IMG/VR virus record: IMGVR_UViG_3300009709_000003
Location: 96,709 to 160,708 of that record
Reading direction: 5' to 3' (one strand)
Source of the DNA: a virus
Length of the DNA stretch: 64,000 bases
In this document: positions 29,699-40,141 of the stretch, piece after piece
How positions within the stretch are numbered: position 1 is the stretch's first letter
Layout: each line of letters starts with the position of its first letter
Position numbers and translations under genes: made by a program
Notes under the pieces: generated by a model
The model's database searches: none
Seen by the model: only the letters and a program-made list of their open reading frames with translations
What the model was told of the DNA's origin: nothing

Positions 29699-30802
29699 TT
29701 AGTTCGCTTCCTGTTTGGCTTGGCTAATTATAGATAGACTATCCTGTATTAATTTATTGGGCTCAAGATTGCCGATCTCTTGTGCTTTTAGATAAACTGT
29801 AAACTTATTTTCTGGCGTGTCTTTAACATTAAAACCATCCACCAGCTTAATTTTTTCAAATTGCCGTTGCACTATCAAACGTAGTGACCTAATTGGCAAT
29901 TCTTTATTTAAGAATGTAGAAACCTCATCTCTGTCAACGTCTTTGGTAGACTGAACGGTAAGTTCTATGATGGCCTCTTGACCTGGCAAAAGCACCTGTT
30001 TTATGTTTGATACAAGCACATTGAGGCTCCTTTTATCAGTCGATTGCACAACTTCTTTAAAGGGCACTGGTGATAAAGGACGAATTAACTCCATTTCAAC
30101 ACCGTCTCTAGTGACTTCAAAAGCCCAAAAGCCACGCGTTTGTCCACGATCTCCCATAGAGTGATACATTGGAGCACCCATGTACAGAGAAGGACAACCA
30201 AGAAGTTGGTCTAAACGCTGAGCGGTGTGATTGTCCGCACCAATCACTAGACTAGGTTTAAATTGTTTTATGGTCTCCGGGTCTATGCCTGTATGAACAG
30301 CTTCACCATTCGCAAAGTAGGAACCCTTTAACAATCCGTGGAAAACAACCACTAATGGACATTCAAGACGCCTATTAGACATATCTATTGGTTGACGCTC
30401 AAGACCAGACGGCATAAATAACACGTCAACATCTTCTACATGAACCACAGTATTCCGATCATACGGAATGAACTTAGATAAGTCCTTTGTAAATATCTCG
30501 GCTCTCTGGAATGCATGTCCTGATATAGCACTACGGCGGTTACGGTCGTGATTGCCGATACATGTTAATGTGACAATGCCACGATCACAGCGTTCTTTCC
30601 AAGCACGCTCTGCAGCCATTGATACAGCTTGTTCGGGCTGAGTATTCTTATAGGCATCACCACCAAAAATTACACAAGCAACTGCACGCTTTACAGCTTC
30701 TTCAGTAATGAGACGATCTATATCCTCTATATCGGACAGTGTCACAGCGTTTGAAAAATATCCATTATGGTAATGGATATCGCCATATCCTAGAAATTTC
30801 AT
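29699..30802 (-). CDS. sbcD: SbcD/Mre11-like nuclease
   Basis: GDIH, GGD, GNHD, FHG, DNH motifs; one small ORF away from sbcC. Confidence 0.88.
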   Translation of the reverse strand: MKFLGYGDIHYHNGYFSNAVTLSDIEDIDRLITEEAVKRAVACVIFGGDAYKNTQPEQAVSMAAERAWKERCDRGIVTLTCIGNHDRNRRSAISGHAFQRAEIFTKDLSKFIPYDRNTVVHVEDVDVLFMPSGLERQPIDMSNRRLECPLVVVFHGLLKGSYFANGEAVHTGIDPETIKQFKPSLVIGADNHTAQRLDQLLGCPSLYMGAPMYHSMGDRGQTRGFWAFEVTRDGVEMELIRPLSPVPFKEVVQSTDKRSLNVLVSNIKQVLLPGQEAIIELTVQSTKDVDRDEVSTFLNKELPIRSLRLIVQRQFEKIKLVDGFNVKDTPENKFTVYLKAQEIGNLEPNKLIQDSLSIISQAKQEAN

Positions 30803-30804
30803 AA

Positions 30805-31188
30805 TTATTCTTTTGTAGTTTGTTCCAACAATTTTACCAAATCATATACCATAGATTTCGCAGAAAGATACAGACTGTTGGCAAGAGAGTATTCACGCCC
30901 ATACAAATATGTACGCAAATAACAAACTAAATCTAAAGCCTCCTGCAATGAATCAATCAGTTGGTCACGACCATTGCCGGGTTGAAGGTGCACACCATGC
31001 TTTCTAACACCTTCCTTATCTCTAGCTTTCATGATTTCAATGGTGTGATTGAATGTTTCAATACTATGTTGTATACCACCAACATGTTTCATATCTGCTA
31101 TGACGTCATCAATAACCAAATCCCAAGAATGCGGATTATCATTTTTGGTTGGTGGCTGTTGTTCCGTGATTAATTCTTGTGTATTCAT
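30805..31188 (-). CDS. all-alpha NTP pyrophosphohydrolase (MazG-superfamily)-like protein
   Basis: RDKEGVRKHG..L...NGRDQLIDSLQEALDLVCYL acidic helix pattern. Confidence 0.5.
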   Translation of the reverse strand: MNTQELITEQQPPTKNDNPHSWDLVIDDVIADMKHVGGIQHSIETFNHTIEIMKARDKEGVRKHGVHLQPGNGRDQLIDSLQEALDLVCYLRTYLYGREYSLANSLYLSAKSMVYDLVKLLEQTTKE

Positions 31189-31868
31189 GCTAGGTTACTC
31201 ATCTTTGCCGGATTGAAATAATCGTATTCCGGAGGACTTACCACTTGTCCTTGTCGTTTTTTCCAGTTGGCCAGATCTTCGAACTGGTCTCGCAGCCATT
31301 CGTATTGGTTCTCGCAAAGACTTTTAATCGTTTTTGGGAACTTCGGGTTTATTTCGGCCATACGAATCAAAACTTTACCGGTCATCGTGGCGTCGTGGAT
31401 GGCGCGGTGTGCACCTAGATACTCAAATCCAAACTTATCGGCCGCGTTGATAAGTTTCTTTCCCTTCGACATTTTATAGAATTTACGATATAAAACTAGT
31501 ACGTCTATCACTGGTTTAGATGGAAACTTATATCCTGCAGCTTCCAATTGTCTACCAAGAATACGACGGTCGAATTCGTAATTGTAGGCGGCAATGTAAT
31601 CAGCATATTGCAGTATGCTTACAATTGTAGCTGCATAATGCTCAAATGGTTTTGAGTCTGCGACGTCTTGATTCGATATATTATGAATCGCGGTAGCTGA
31701 TGCCGGAATAGGAATCGTCGGCTTTACGAATTCCCCGTATTCGGTAACAAGTTCTCCATTTTCAAATATGGAGAACCCAAATTCGCAAATTTCATCCGTG
31801 CTTGTTAGTCCGGTGGTTTCCGTATCAAATACTACAATTCTTTTATTTAGGTAATCAGGCTTGGCCAT
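31185..31868 (-). CDS. dnaQ: DnaQ-like 3'-5' exonuclease (Pol III epsilon-like)
   Basis: FDTETTGL, AYNYEFD, HRAIHDA. Confidence 0.92.
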   Translation of the reverse strand: MAKPDYLNKRIVVFDTETTGLTSTDEICEFGFSIFENGELVTEYGEFVKPTIPIPASATAIHNISNQDVADSKPFEHYAATIVSILQYADYIAAYNYEFDRRILGRQLEAAGYKFPSKPVIDVLVLYRKFYKMSKGKKLINAADKFGFEYLGAHRAIHDATMTGKVLIRMAEINPKFPKTIKSLCENQYEWLRDQFEDLANWKKRQGQVVSPPEYDYFNPAKMSNLA

Positions 31869-31874
31869 TATATT

Positions 31875-32102
31875 TTATTTCTTCTTATGGAGTGCTACGA
31901 CGCTATCTGGAACATGTTGAACTGCATGGCAATTAGGACAAGACAAAGTAGTCGTCCCAGTACCACCTTGGTACACTCGCATATTGCGATTTTGATCTTC
32001 TTTATTTGAGTCGCCACAAACTGTACAACGCAAAGTGGTTTCTTCTCCAAGTTCGCCTTGTTGACCAGGTCCAAGAATGTCGCCGCTATATGTAAAACTC
32101 AT
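31875..32102 (-). CDS. zinc ribbon protein
   Basis: CTVC...CPNC. Confidence 0.55.
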   Translation of the reverse strand: MSFTYSGDILGPGQQGELGEETTLRCTVCGDSNKEDQNRNMRVYQGGTGTTTLSCPNCHAVQHVPDSVVALHKKK

Positions 32103-32387
32103 TATGTATAATCCTCATCGTCATCATGCAGATCGCGATATGCGTCTGAATTGTATTGCAAATTAAAAACCGCCGATTTATATCGTTGACTTTTTTCCAA
32201 ATTGGTAAGAGCCAATGCCAAATCGTCAGCCATGTTTTTTAATGCACCAGCCAACGTGTCTGGTACATATAACTTCAAGTCACTATCCTCAACCATCTTG
32301 TCGTGGTAAAAGCGGATCGAGTCACAATTAAACAGCAATTTCCGCATGTTGCGAATAGCCGCAATAAGATCTGCATCATCAAGTATT

Positions 32388-35300
32388 TTAGACATGTTCA
32401 TTTCCGGTGTTCAAAATAATTTTAAATCCATTATCGTGCTCGTCTGCGACTCGCTCAATACTAGCGGGACTCATCAGCACACTACCCATCTCCAGTAAAT
32501 GTTTTTCTCCAAATTTACGTAACTTTGAAGGTTCACCACCGAAAGATTTTACAATATCGACCGCTTTATTAGCGTCATTGATTAGGAGACCAAATACTGG
32601 AATGCCATTCATAAGAGGGATCACTTGCTTTACCCGTAAGGCATACACAGATGGGTCAAACTTATCTGTTGCTACCGTACATTCAATAGCAAACATTTGT
32701 CCTTCAGTAAGGATACCCTCTAAAGCATTACACTGTGGAGACCATACCATTATTCTATAAGTTGTGTACAAATCACTTATCCCAAATGAAATATAAGGAT
32801 CGCCACGCTTGGTGATGGCATGTTTCACATAATCAACCATGCCAAATAGCAGCAGCAAATCACCAACCACACATTCCTCAACCATAGACGGTGTAACTAC
32901 CTGATGTGATTGTACTTCAATAAAATTTGCCAACCTTTGATAAACAGCTGCGGGGTGTCCGGTGATGTAAGAGTTCAACACTTCGCGTTCATGCTGCTGT
33001 CGCTTGATATCATCAAATTCGTTGCCACGTAGTGCACATTGTGTAAGGATCACCAAAGGTGGGACCTTTGACCCATCGAAAGATTTATTGCGCTTTTTAG
33101 CGAAATCGCATATAATACTCAGGTTGTCCAACTTATCGCGATCAGTAATGCTAACATCCCATCGAAATGCGCCAGCTTTAACCAAATTCTCCTTAGCTTT
33201 TTTATTGACAGATGGCATACGCTGACAAAACTCAACAAATGAAGTAAACTTACCATTCGCGGCTCGTTCTTCGATAATAGCTTGAGCCGCCTTACCTACA
33301 CCTTTAATGGCAGAAAGTCCCATATAAAGGACATTGTCACTCCCTACGGTGTATGTGTTGTTTGATTCATTGGCGTGTGGGGGTACGATCTGCACACCTT
33401 TACGTTGAATGTTCTTAATAATATCAGCAGCGCGCTCTTTTTTGTCCGTGTTACGATCTAACAAAGCCGCATAGTAATGTAGCGGGTAATGTGCTTCCAA
33501 ATAAGCGGTAATATACGTAATGCGTCCGTACGAGGCACTGTGACTACTATTCCAAAGGTATCTAGCGTAGCCGGTCAATCGACCGATCAATTCATCTACC
33601 CAAACTTCTTTAGTGCGTGGTTGACCATTTTGGGGTTGCCAATTGGCAGGTAGATCTACCTTAGGATTGGCAAGAACTCCAGCACGAAACTTTGCGAGCT
33701 GTGCATTTACAACATCTGCGTTCTTTTTACCGATACCAGCACGGAACTTATCCGCGTCTGTGCCAGAAAAACCAGCCAAAATGCGCGACATCGCCATGGC
33801 ACCTTCTTGATAGATGATGGCTCCGTAAGTAGGTGCCAAAACCTCATCCATAAGAGGATGCCAACTTTCAACAAGCTCCCTACCGTGTCTACGATTTACA
33901 TATGATGCAGTTGCTCCAGATTCCAAAGGACCTGGTCGATACAGAGCATTAAGAGCTGCAACATGGTGAAAATTAGCAGGTTTAAGCTGCTTCGCCAATT
34001 TCCTATACCCGGGGGAGTCCAACTGAAATAAAGATACATACTCCCCAGTGCCTACCAAATCCATAGATGGTTCATCATCGTATGGCAGGTCATGCATATT
34101 GGTGGTGACGCCTGCACGATCAAATGCATCTTGAATAATATCTAAGGTTTTAACACCAAGCATATCTAGTTTAAGCAAACCAAGTACACCACAGTCTGCC
34201 ATGTCATACTGAATGCCTAGAATACCGGTATTTGATGGCAGGATGGGTGAGATGTCCTCAAGAGGATCATTCGAAATAACAACACCTGCAGCATGGAAAC
34301 CAATATTTTTCGCTAAGTCGATTAGAACTTCAGCATTGTCTAGCCAACCATCCCATTCAGCGATTTGACGCTTCGCATCAGCTGGAATATCGTCTATGGT
34401 TTGAGCGGCATGTGGAATCAGCTTACGAATAGCACGATTCTCTGAAAATGGTATATTAAGAATACGACCAACGTTATCTAACGCTGCAAGGACGCCCAAA
34501 GTTTGGAACGTGGCAATCTGCGCTGTGCTGTTGACGCCATATTTTTCTGCGATATGGGCCAACACAGAAGGACGACCATCTTGAGAAATATCAGTATCGA
34601 TATCTGGAAGGTCCTTACGTCCTTCATTGATGAATCGCTCAAACGGCAAATCCCAACGGATTGGGTCCAATTCTGTAATACCAAGAAGATAACATACTAA
34701 GGAACCGCCTGCAGAACCACGACCTGCAGCCTTTGGCAACCTTTTAGATACCATGAAGTCAACAATTTCTTTAATGATCAAGAAGTAACTTGAAAACTTC
34801 TTGGACTCCATCATTGTCAATTCTACTTCCAGTCGATCCACGTATACTTGATTCTCGTGTAGATTTTTACGGATCAACCCGGCATGTGCTTCTTCTCGTA
34901 GCAGTGCAGCGGACTCTGCTATAGACAGATTCCTACCACCCTCATCCTTGAAGTTAGGAATAATGAAACTATTATTTACAACGTTGTAAGGCTCGATAGA
35001 GTTCGCGATATGCACAGAGTTGTCGTAAGCTTCTTGTGGTAGAGCCAAAGCCGCCATTTCGTCCTTGCTCTTAAAATAGTGTTGATCTGATCCATGCATG
35101 TCTAAATTATATTTATTAATCTGCAAGGCTACCAGATGTGCGGTTGCATGGGATTGCAGAGTGTAATGTACCGCATTGGTTGCCACTAAAGGCAGATTAT
35201 GCTTTTTTGAGAGAACTTGAGAATTCTCCAAATATATAGCTTCTTGAGAAGCGAAATCTCCTTTTAGGAGATGTTTGTATATCTCGATGTAAACGGGAGA

Positions 35301-35873
35301 TAATGCTTTTTTGAGATAAATTAAAGCCGCGTCGAATTCATTGTAAGGCACTTCTTGTGGAACCAGGATTATGACGTCGCGCGCTGTAAGAATGTCTTGC
35401 CCATGAAGACCAACCTTAGATTTACTCAGTGGCTCCACATGTGCTTTTGTATTAAGACGAACAAGTTGCTTGTATCCATTGGAGTTTTTAGCTATGACGG
35501 TTATTCGAAACGAGCCACCATCCAACAAAACTTCAAAATTAGTACCGACAATAGGTTTTATGCCTGCAGCTTCACAATCTTTAATAAAAGATGGAGCCCC
35601 ACACAACAGATCATAGTCTGTCTTAGCAAGATATTCATATCCCATTGCCTTTGATAGTGGAATAAGATCTTCGGTTTTGCAAATGCCCTTTAAAAGGGAC
35701 ATGTGGGTGTGAACACGCAAATGCACAAAGTCTGTGCTAATTTCCTCATTTACGTTACCACAAGATTGACAAATCCAAGTTGAAATCTCTGGTTCGTAAA
35801 CGTGATCAGGATGACTACAGCCGCAATCAAAACCACTCTCATCTTCTTGATTAGTCACTTGACTCGGCTCCAC
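32388..35873 (-). CDS. dnaE: DNA polymerase III alpha subunit (family C)
   Basis: PHP FVHLRVHT; GRGSAGGSLVCYLLGIT; FERFIN; PDIDTD; HAAGVVI; KLDMLG; RPGP; C-terminal OB fold. Confidence 0.97.
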   Translation of the reverse strand: MEPSQVTNQEDESGFDCGCSHPDHVYEPEISTWICQSCGNVNEEISTDFVHLRVHTHMSLLKGICKTEDLIPLSKAMGYEYLAKTDYDLLCGAPSFIKDCEAAGIKPIVGTNFEVLLDGGSFRITVIAKNSNGYKQLVRLNTKAHVEPLSKSKVGLHGQDILTARDVIILVPQEVPYNEFDAALIYLKKALSPVYIEIYKHLLKGDFASQEAIYLENSQVLSKKHNLPLVATNAVHYTLQSHATAHLVALQINKYNLDMHGSDQHYFKSKDEMAALALPQEAYDNSVHIANSIEPYNVVNNSFIIPNFKDEGGRNLSIAESAALLREEAHAGLIRKNLHENQVYVDRLEVELTMMESKKFSSYFLIIKEIVDFMVSKRLPKAAGRGSAGGSLVCYLLGITELDPIRWDLPFERFINEGRKDLPDIDTDISQDGRPSVLAHIAEKYGVNSTAQIATFQTLGVLAALDNVGRILNIPFSENRAIRKLIPHAAQTIDDIPADAKRQIAEWDGWLDNAEVLIDLAKNIGFHAAGVVISNDPLEDISPILPSNTGILGIQYDMADCGVLGLLKLDMLGVKTLDIIQDAFDRAGVTTNMHDLPYDDEPSMDLVGTGEYVSLFQLDSPGYRKLAKQLKPANFHHVAALNALYRPGPLESGATASYVNRRHGRELVESWHPLMDEVLAPTYGAIIYQEGAMAMSRILAGFSGTDADKFRAGIGKKNADVVNAQLAKFRAGVLANPKVDLPANWQPQNGQPRTKEVWVDELIGRLTGYARYLWNSSHSASYGRITYITAYLEAHYPLHYYAALLDRNTDKKERAADIIKNIQRKGVQIVPPHANESNNTYTVGSDNVLYMGLSAIKGVGKAAQAIIEERAANGKFTSFVEFCQRMPSVNKKAKENLVKAGAFRWDVSITDRDKLDNLSIICDFAKKRNKSFDGSKVPPLVILTQCALRGNEFDDIKRQQHEREVLNSYITGHPAAVYQRLANFIEVQSHQVVTPSMVEECVVGDLLLLFGMVDYVKHAITKRGDPYISFGISDLYTTYRIMVWSPQCNALEGILTEGQMFAIECTVATDKFDPSVYALRVKQVIPLMNGIPVFGLLINDANKAVDIVKSFGGEPSKLRKFGEKHLLEMGSVLMSPASIERVADEHDNGFKIILNTGNEHV

Positions 35874-36465
35874 CTGTAGAAATAACTACCCGCAAACAAT
35901 CGTTTGGCTTAACACAGTATGTCTTAGACGAACCAGCAACCGTACCAAATTGGTCCGTCAAAGACCCACATCGAGCACACTTATGCATGCCCACTTGTGG
36001 TTGAAGATCTTGAATATCGGCAAGTTCAGACGCAATTGCCTCGCAGTCAACTGCTAACTGTTCTGGCATGTAACGTCGTAGTTCTTTGGCGACATCAATA
36101 ACGATTTGTGTAGAATAAGTGAAATACATCAAACGTGGTGGTTTATCATCTGTGGATGGCTCAATGACCATCGTAACCATCCCTACGCCGCCGTTTGTAA
36201 GACTAAACTGCTTTTTCCACTGGCCATTTCGAAGTGAAAAACCATATTTGTTGGCCATCTCCACTAATTTGGTTATAAATGGGTTTTGTGGAATCTGCGG
36301 TTTACTATCCACAGGCTTGGTAGGTTTAACCACTTTAGATTCGCATGCCGCACACAAAGGCTCATTGGCTCCAAACCTGCCTACCACAACTGGTGTCTTA
36401 CACGTTTTGCATTCGCGTACTTTTTGCTTATGTGGGTCATGACGGATGAGAGATGGATCGATCAT
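35851..36465 (-). CDS. zinc-finger hypothetical protein
   Basis: CKTC...CAAC and CARC...C..C; RBS AAGGA before ATG at 36465. Confidence 0.6.
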   Translation of the reverse strand: MIDPSLIRHDPHKQKVRECKTCKTPVVVGRFGANEPLCAACESKVVKPTKPVDSKPQIPQNPFITKLVEMANKYGFSLRNGQWKKQFSLTNGGVGMVTMVIEPSTDDKPPRLMYFTYSTQIVIDVAKELRRYMPEQLAVDCEAIASELADIQDLQPQVGMHKCARCGSLTDQFGTVAGSSKTYCVKPNDCLRVVISTGGAESSD

Positions 36466-36723
36466 ATAAATATCCTTAAACCTAATAAGATAACAATGTT
36501 GTAGATTGCCGAATTTCATCAAATAACTTTGATGAGTGTACTTCCAAACGCCTACCGTCATTATATCGCGGGTCGGCTTCATCAGTTGTTACCATGTCGG
36601 TGTCTTTATTTCTGGCGACTACCATTACACATCTGCCATTAAGTATATGCAGCTCTGCCGGATCCGTTTCATCAAACTGTAACCAATAGTCGGCACCACA
36701 TTTGGTAGAGTAAAGTTCACACA

Positions 36724-37536
36724 TTACAGCTTAATACCTCGGCGATTGGCTTCCTCAATTATTTTCAATTTTGCACAGGAAAATAACTTGGTGCATCGAG
36801 GACGACTAACACCCATAATGTCGGCCATATACATATGCATGCCGTCAATCAAACGTACCTTATTGGTTGGATTTGAATGAGTCATACAAAATGCAAATAC
36901 TCTAAATTCATTAGTGTTAAGAGTATACCCATCCCATACAATGGCCTTAATCGCTTCTAGGGCATTGTTCGACTGGTCATACACATCCGGGGTCTGATTG
37001 CGTTCCGCCAGAGCAATAGCTTTCCGATCTTCTTCTGGGATAGTTTCCTCTTGATCGGAGTCAGGATTGTACCCTGTAAATCGGTGACGTTTAAAGAATT
37101 TGTTTTGTTTTGAAAATCCCCACAAAATCCACTTACGAACCCACCCCGTAGACTTATGCAAACCAAACATATATTCAGTCAAGAAAGCTGGTGAGCCAAT
37201 ATTAAATCCACGCACTGGGTCTATTAGACACTCAATAATTCGGGATTCAAGATCACGCTTTAGTTCCGCGATATCAACATATCCACTACCCACACGTGCT
37301 TTGGCATGATGCACAAGTTTAAGCACATTGGACTCAATCATCTCAATAAATTGAGTGGCGGATTTATTACGATCGATCCCATTACGAACACGACAGGCAA
37401 GGATATTCAACACGACGTTACGTGGGGAAGCTGATTGGGCGTAACATCGGTCGGCATAAATACATTGAGCACAGTTTTGCTCACGCAACCTTGGTATTCC
37501 ATCTACATAACGAGTATTCTCTTGAATTATTCGCAT
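36724..37536 (-). CDS. divergent sigma-factor-like protein
   Basis: C-terminal region-4-like LNTNEFRVF...MADIMGVSRPRCTKLFSCAKLKI; helical region-2-like segment; N-terminal CAQCIY..RC. Confidence 0.5.
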   Translation of the reverse strand: MRIIQENTRYVDGIPRLREQNCAQCIYADRCYAQSASPRNVVLNILACRVRNGIDRNKSATQFIEMIESNVLKLVHHAKARVGSGYVDIAELKRDLESRIIECLIDPVRGFNIGSPAFLTEYMFGLHKSTGWVRKWILWGFSKQNKFFKRHRFTGYNPDSDQEETIPEEDRKAIALAERNQTPDVYDQSNNALEAIKAIVWDGYTLNTNEFRVFAFCMTHSNPTNKVRLIDGMHMYMADIMGVSRPRCTKLFSCAKLKIIEEANRRGIKL

Positions 37537-37821
37537 AGATTATCTCAACACATAAAACAATCATTATAATATAAATACTAAATCAATTATCACATTACAA
37601 AATTTGGTTGACCTGGTTTAACTTTCCAAGTTATTGCTAGCCATCCAGATTGGATGTAGTGGGACGTGCCATCTTCAGCATAAATTCGGTGTCCACCACT
37701 AGTGGATACATGTAGCGCTAATGGACGCAATATGTTAACTCTGTCTCCACCTGGAAAGGTGTAAGTACGTTCCAACTCGCTTGAAATGTCTTTAAAAACT
37801 AATCCAGAAGCATTCCACTTG

Positions 37822-38169
37822 TCACTCATTTTCAATTGCCTCACGTAGTTCGATAAAAGCTTGATTATACCCATCATCATGTTGAACCGGGATATGAGCA
37901 TCTACTAATTCGCGAATGCGCTCATTTTCAAATATACGTTTCTCGTAGTCAACTGGATCATTATACTTAGCTTTAAAAGCGTCCATTGCTTTAGAACGCG
38001 ACACACAATCGGCAATGTATTCTGCAATTTCCATTACCTCTGGTGTCATAGTATCTATATCTTCTACAGATATTACACCGTCTCGTTCTCGCCAAGTACT
38101 GATGCCTAATTCCATCTCAATGGCAGCAGATAGTACACCCTCTGGTGTAGACAAATCGTATTTATTCAT
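37822..38169 (-). CDS. hypothetical protein, ETAxxIAECxRLR paralogue family
   Basis: YDLSTPEGVLSAA...EIAEYIADCVSRS. Confidence 0.65.
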   Translation of the reverse strand: MNKYDLSTPEGVLSAAIEMELGISTWRERDGVISVEDIDTMTPEVMEIAEYIADCVSRSKAMDAFKAKYNDPVDYEKRIFENERIRELVDAHIPVQHDDGYNQAFIELREAIENE

Positions 38170-38636
38170 TTTTTAACTCCATTTAATCCTCAGCGCTGCC
38201 ATCAAGGAACTCATTCCAGTCATTCCATCGACGTTCTGTTCGCTTGCCCTGCACCCAGTTTCCACTACACCAACCATTACCTTTTACTGGTTCCGTGATT
38301 GGACCACCACGTTGAGGTCTATCATATCCAAACGCCGCAGTCATCCAATTGTAAGTAATAGTAGTACGTGTGCGCTTCAAAACCTGTCGCATCATGCCTG
38401 GCTCACATACATATTGATAATACCTAATCATTCTTTCGTCCTTAGCATGCTGTCGACCCATTTACGTACTGCCGTCGCTAACTGCGTATCCTCCTGACGG
38501 TATACCTGCCAAGTAGGCGCAATATTCAAAGCATTTAATATGATTTGTGCCGTGCGCATATCTGGGAAAGCCGCTTTAGCTTCTCTCAATGCGGCAAACA
38601 GGTCTTCTTGCGCTTCCGGGCTACGGTCTGGTGCAG

Positions 38637-38864
38637 TCATTTTTTGATCCTATCCAACCAAGTCAATTTAACACTCAAACGTTCACCAGACAACAAAGGA
38701 GTCGTAATGTCAAAATAATCACAACGTTGGCGTAATTTAACACACTCGACTATAAATTTAGCAGTTTCTTCAAAATCTTCATAGGCTCCTGGCAATCCTA
38801 TGTCAATGCCTACTGCATATGCCCACTCTATAACTTCATCAGGTGTATTCAGATCGTATTTCAT
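38637..38864 (-). CDS. hypothetical protein, ETAxxIAECxRLR paralogue family
   Basis: YDLNTPDEVIEWA...ETAKFIVECVKLR. Confidence 0.7.
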   Translation of the reverse strand: MKYDLNTPDEVIEWAYAVGIDIGLPGAYEDFEETAKFIVECVKLRQRCDYFDITTPLLSGERLSVKLTWLDRIKK

Positions 38865-39715
38865 ACTTTAAACCTTGTGATGTTCTCTTCGTTAGGTAAT
38901 GAATATCTATAAGAGTACCAACCCACAAAATTACCAGCTTTAGTATAGGAGTCGTTGAGTTGGGCAGCTTGATGCTCAAATGGCGACATGTGACCAGAGT
39001 TAAGCAACCTATCGTGTAACGACAAGTCTTTATTTGGATCAGGTTGAGACCCATCGTGATTCAACGTACTAACGCGTGCACATCTAGCCGCACTAAATTT
39101 TTTAAGATTTTCCTGATTAAATCTAGTGTGTTCGTCAGAACTTATCAACGGCAAGTGCCAACTGTCGGCATCGAGTTGAGTTGGTTCACTCTGACAGTAC
39201 ACTTTAAACATTGCATTAGCCAACACTTGAAATTCGGGTTGAGCGTCTGAATGAGTACGCAATCCAAAAAAATTATCCCATTCAGTGGCTGTAACTATCG
39301 TTGTAGAATACTGTGTCCACTCTAAAGGTCTGTTAGCGGTTTGTTTATGAAGACCCAAGTCTGCCATTTTTTGGACTTCTTTTGCGGTATGAATTGCCAA
39401 ATTGCGCCAAATTAACTCTACTTGCTTAGACGCTTCCGGATCCATTTCTTCAGTGGCCTGCATTCCAGGTTTATTCTTCATCCAAACTGCCGGCATTGCC
39501 GGATCTTGCATCGCTGCTTGCACGGTTTTGCTTATGGGTATAGCACGAGAGGAAGCCGTTGACCTAGAAAAAACCCGATGGGTGTTAAACTCGGCTAACA
39601 AATAACGATGATAGTGAAGTACAAACGTGGTAATACGTTTCCCACTTAAAGATATAGAGTCTGCCACTATCTTTGCTGTCGGTTGCATGCATGCCTTAAG
39701 TATTGGTACTGCCAA
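38861..39715 (-). CDS. thyX: flavin-dependent thymidylate synthase (phage ThyX type)
   Basis: EFNTHRVFSRSTASSRAIP, HKQTANR, AQPEFQ, ARCARVS, HMSPFEHQA. Confidence 0.88.
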   Translation of the reverse strand: MAVPILKACMQPTAKIVADSISLSGKRITTFVLHYHRYLLAEFNTHRVFSRSTASSRAIPISKTVQAAMQDPAMPAVWMKNKPGMQATEEMDPEASKQVELIWRNLAIHTAKEVQKMADLGLHKQTANRPLEWTQYSTTIVTATEWDNFFGLRTHSDAQPEFQVLANAMFKVYCQSEPTQLDADSWHLPLISSDEHTRFNQENLKKFSAARCARVSTLNHDGSQPDPNKDLSLHDRLLNSGHMSPFEHQAAQLNDSYTKAGNFVGWYSYRYSLPNEENITRFKV

Positions 39716-40139
39716 ATCCTGTAGTACCGCGTATGGTGGTGGGTAACTTATCAGTTACCTCTATAATTGGCACTACAGAAGGGAAAAATACCAATTGTGC
39801 AAGACGATCCCCATTAACCACGTGGGCGTCAACTTTAGTTGGATTAAATACAAAAATATGCAAAGATCCAACATACTCACAGTCAATTGTGCCATCCATC
39901 ACCATCAAATTGCGTTTAGCAAACGTGGATGAACGCGAACGAATGGATGCCCAATATCCATCAGGAATTTTCACAGACACGCCCGTAGCGATATTTGCAA
40001 AAGTACCAGGAGGAATCACAAGCACATTGTCTGGGATCCAACATTTCAAATCAAAACCCACATCTCCCGGTTTAGCAGGCCAGGACAGTGGATGATCGTT
40101 TTTACAGTCTTTATCTACCAATACTTTAAGTGTCTGCAT
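39696..40139 (-). CDS. dut: trimeric dUTPase
   Basis: GFDL, RSRSS, GTIDCEYVG, GDRLAQLV, RGTTGFGST. Confidence 0.95.
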   Translation of the reverse strand: MQTLKVLVDKDCKNDHPLSWPAKPGDVGFDLKCWIPDNVLVIPPGTFANIATGVSVKIPDGYWASIRSRSSTFAKRNLMVMDGTIDCEYVGSLHIFVFNPTKVDAHVVNGDRLAQLVFFPSVVPIIEVTDKLPTTIRGTTGFGSTNT

Positions 40140-40141
40140 AA

